NCBI GenBank assembly: GCA_051362555.1
Contig: CM120640.1
Coordinates: 26,150,225-26,214,224, forward strand
Direction of reading: 5' to 3'
DNA: 64,000 bases
From: Lingula anatina
Taxonomy: Eukaryota; Animalia; Brachiopoda
Of this stretch, positions 62,091-64,000 are shown one piece after another (the first letter of the stretch is position 1; each line of letters begins with the position of its first letter). The notes beneath the pieces are model-generated. The model worked only from the letters and a program-made list of their open reading frames with translations. It was not told the DNA's origin and did not search any database. Position numbers and translations under genes: made by a program.

Positions 62091-62701
62091 TTTTTATCTA
62101 GAAATCAGAAAACCAAATTAAAAAAAAAATAATAAGTTAGTCATTATAAAAATGTACTTGTTATTACACGTTTGGCATTACTTTACCATAAAACTGCTTG
62201 TCGCAGCAAACACGTACATGTAGCTAATATTTAGATTTGCACAACAGCAAAGACTTTTACAGTGTTACTATTTTAACTTAGAATGTTAGATTGGAATCAA
62301 GGCAGCCACACGAGTTTGCGCTTCATCATTCATGCAATGTTTCTCCTTACATTAGCTGCATGGACCATGACAAGAAGTAAACACTCGTATTATTGCTCCT
62401 GAAGTACAGCTCGGGGTACACCTGCCAACAACTGTTTGATTACAAAACGCATTTAAGCGAATTTCCCTATATCGGCTGATTAGGTCTTGATCTGTTCTCG
62501 ACCCAACTCGCTCTAAACAATACATCTCAAAAAGAGGCATTTATTTGGAGACGAACAGTTTCGGTTACAAGTATCTTGTAACAAAATTTTCGATTGGACG
62601 ATGAAAATAACCACCTATCAAAATATCCTTTTCATTTAGGTCCACTACTAACGTTAGAGGGATTCCCCAAACAACGAGACGGGACACATTACAGCATCAA
62701 A

Positions 62702-64000
62702 ATGCTCGGGTTTAGGGGGTTTTATCGCAGTGTCACGACACCACTTCATCACCATGTTTTGTCTAAACACGGCATAAGTACAACTATTGTAGCTCATAAG
62801 AAAGTAGCCGTGGTAAGTTGAGAAACATGACCTTCAGTTTCACGAGAAATGCCCAGTAATGTGAAGTGCGCCATTTATTAACGTTATATGAAGTACCAAT
62901 ATTTTTTGTGTTGATTGTCATTTGAATTTGCCTTTAACCATCACGAAGCCAACATGATTACTTGTGATGATATTTGCTTACTTAACTTGCAGGTTTTGTC
63001 TGGATGTGGTGTTTTTGATGGAAGTGAAGTGCATGAGGCCTCAGCGTAAGTTGCAAGATTTGTTCGTTGTTTGTCACTGGATGGTACTGCTTTTGAGGCT
63101 TCACTGTGCTAATTACTGGTGTTTTGTAAGGTTTTAACTACAGTAAGGTGACCTTGGATGTTGCATCTGTGATGGTTACAGATTCCTAAACACGTAAAGG
63201 TACAGGGACACAACGAAGGTTAGAGGTTTATACATGTATAGTAAAACAAAACTTATTTTATCGTAAATTCCAACAAGTGTCCTTTAGGTGTAATCATCAA
63301 GTTATAAGGTGTCCAAAGCAGTTTACACAATTAAGATTCACAAGCCCATTTTTTGGTTGTACAGGTAGGTTTCTAGATTTTGAGTCATTCTCATAATGGA
63401 GTTATAGAGACAAGGAAAATCAATTGATTTTGTTGCTACATATGAGGTCTAATCAGTGGTGTATGCCTTTCATTTTAAACATACATGTACTCAGTAGTTG
63501 CCAAAATGAAACTGAAGATTCTGAATGTTCTAAATGCTCTTCACATGATTTTAGTATTGTTCCCAGTACTACTGTAGTAATTGCACTCAATGCCCAAACA
63601 GTTTTTTCTGTTTAATCTTTGCACTAGTACATTGAAAATGTTGTAACTTTAGGTGCTTAGTACATCTGAGCCGTGGAGGTGCTGAGGTTGCTATGTTTGC
63701 ACCAGACATGGAACAGATGCATGTTGTTGATCACACCAAAGGAGAACCCATGGATCAAAAGAGGTGAAAGATTATCTCAAGGGTTTATTTTGAAACAAAA
63801 TATTGATTAAACTAGAAAGATATGGTATTTGTTTTATGAATGTTATAGCTGTTAACTAAAGTATGTTTAAAATCATCATAAGTTTTCCTGGCAGGCTTAA
63901 TTACTAGAAAGATTGGTAGTGCTTAAATCAATTAGTTTGTCAGATATATGTTTTTTTCTATGAGATTAACTTTTTATGATTCCAGAAATGTTTTGGTTGA
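62702..64000 (+). CDS. GATD3: Glutamine amidotransferase-like class 1 domain protein 3 (ES1 homolog, mitochondrial), partial
   Basis: Presequence, then KKVAV|[18 protein letters not shown]|[37 protein letters not shown]|NVLV; continues past the right edge; divergent from POMK. Confidence 0.93.

Overview
AT-rich, intron-containing animal genomic DNA; the repeat types suggest a marine invertebrate, probably a lophotrochozoan. Two gene-dense blocks flank about 25 kb with no recognisable host gene. Left block: HELQ (minus, runs off the window) is head-to-head with an unannotated 14-exon plus-strand gene. I reconstructed it by hand as ~681 aa: a PNK-like P-loop domain, a degenerate HAD domain, then a CYREN/MRI-like module with a Ku-binding motif (KTRDLPKWML). 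Its intron 1 holds a decayed Mutator-like transposon. Right block: two more head-to-head pairs, MRPS18C/ELMOD3 and POMK/GATD3 (ES1). The middle holds Helentron-type non-autonomous elements (HINEs), a truncated LINE, a Penelope remnant and tandem arrays; one array is 17 copies of a ~132-bp unit that reads as a canonical intron plus 52-nt exon. The 26.4-47.2 kb segment lies between a HINE 3' end and a HINE 5' end that split another HINE at one A-run. All gene models are manual and all homologies are from remembered motifs; no searches were run.
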